DNA of 63,570 bases from Takakia lepidozioides. Its lineage: Eukaryota; Plantae; Bryophyta. The stretch covers positions 15,624,431 through 15,688,000 of the forward strand of contig CM060734.1 of assembly GCA_030704615.1 (NCBI GenBank), read 5' to 3'. Positions within the stretch are counted from its first letter, which is position 1; the number at the start of each line of letters is the position of its first letter. Positions 62,672 through 63,570 of this stretch are shown piece after piece. Below the pieces are notes generated by a model. It was given only the letters and a program-made list of their open reading frames with translations. It was not told the DNA's origin and did not search any database. Position numbers and translations under genes: made by a program.

Positions 62672-63134
62672 TGAGAGGAGAAAATAACCTCTTTCACAGT
62701 ACCTAACGTTGCCATCGAAGCGAAGGGGCAGAAGAGAATACCACACCAGACACAGCAACAAGATTTGAACCCGAACACACTTGGGTGGCACTGAGTGCCC
62801 TTAACCAATTGAGATACTGGCTGGTGGTAGCACACATTTGAAAGTAACTAAAATACCAATACCACCATTCAAGCTTTAGAAAAAAAAATTGACTGCATTT
62901 TGAACACTGAACATTCAACACCGTCACAGTCACCACTGTTACCACTAGGCCTTGCAAACTTTCTTATAATTCATTGTTGCAACATGTTATATGAAGAGTT
63001 AATATTGATTTGAGAGATTAGAGAATTAGAGAATTTGATTTTGAGAATTAGATTTGGAGTGTATTCTGGGAGATCATCCGGTTAAGTGTACACATGTATG
63101 AACAAGGCTCTCCGTACTGGAGAAGAAGCTTAGT

Positions 63135-63355
63135 CCTGTGAGGACTTGGCTGTTTTGAGCGTTCCGTGAGGACTCAAAACATATTTTTGAGCTACTCATA
63201 ACGCGTTTTGAGGGAGTCCTGTGAGGATTCAAAACGTGTTTTGAGCGAGTCCTGTGGGGACTCAAAACATATTTTTGAGCGACTCAAAACGTGTTTTGAG
63301 CGAGTCCCGTGGGGACTCAAAACATATTTTTGAGCGACTCAAAACGTGTTTTGAG

Positions 63356-63397
<42 letters not shown>

Positions 63398-63472
63398 TTT
63401 ATTACTTAACATTTTGTTTTCAGTCCTACGAGGACTCAAAACGTGTTTTGAGCGAGTCCCGCTAGGACTCAA
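63135..63472. repeat. Array of palindromic GGACTCAAAACGTGTTTTGAGCGAGTCC units interrupted by (TA)n
   Basis: About 8 copies of ctcaaaac(gtg/atatt)ttttgag; (TA)n at ~63358-63389. Confidence 0.9.
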
Positions 63473-63570
63473 TATATTTTTTATTTTTTATTTTTTTGAT
63501 GAACATGGGACGAGGCCTTGGATTAGGTTTATTACGTTTATTTCAGGGAAAAAAATTAAAACCCTTGATT

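Overview
Eukaryotic, transposon-dense plant DNA. Spliceosomal introns, a tRNA-iMet PBS, chromovirus/CACTA/MULE/LINE elements and an ERD7-like gene support this; a non-seed land plant is likely but not provable here. The only clear host gene is a two-exon senescence/spartin-associated (ERD7-like) gene at 42297-44022. The rest is a nested, partly scrambled patchwork: a divergent Mutator-like (GCM-like + DDE + SWIM) transposase preceded by a ~2 kb palindrome array, two copies of one chromoviral Ty3/gypsy family, a CACTA transposase, a second LTR-less gypsy body, two APE-type LINEs with 2A-like motifs, and smaller fragments. The standout is 28663-36220: an intron-containing gene fusing a ParB/Srx-like domain to a bacterial-type beta-class (N6A/N4C) DNA methyltransferase. 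It is flanked by, and has an intron filled with, GGAAA-N3-GGCGCC-N3-TTTCC palindromes, and ends in the same GCTCATG-repeat terminus as the Mutator-like element. I infer a family of large DNA transposons carrying a ParB-methyltransferase and parS-like palindrome arrays. The copies here are degenerate (stops and frameshifts, some possibly homopolymer assembly errors). All domain calls are by-eye motif matches, not database searches.
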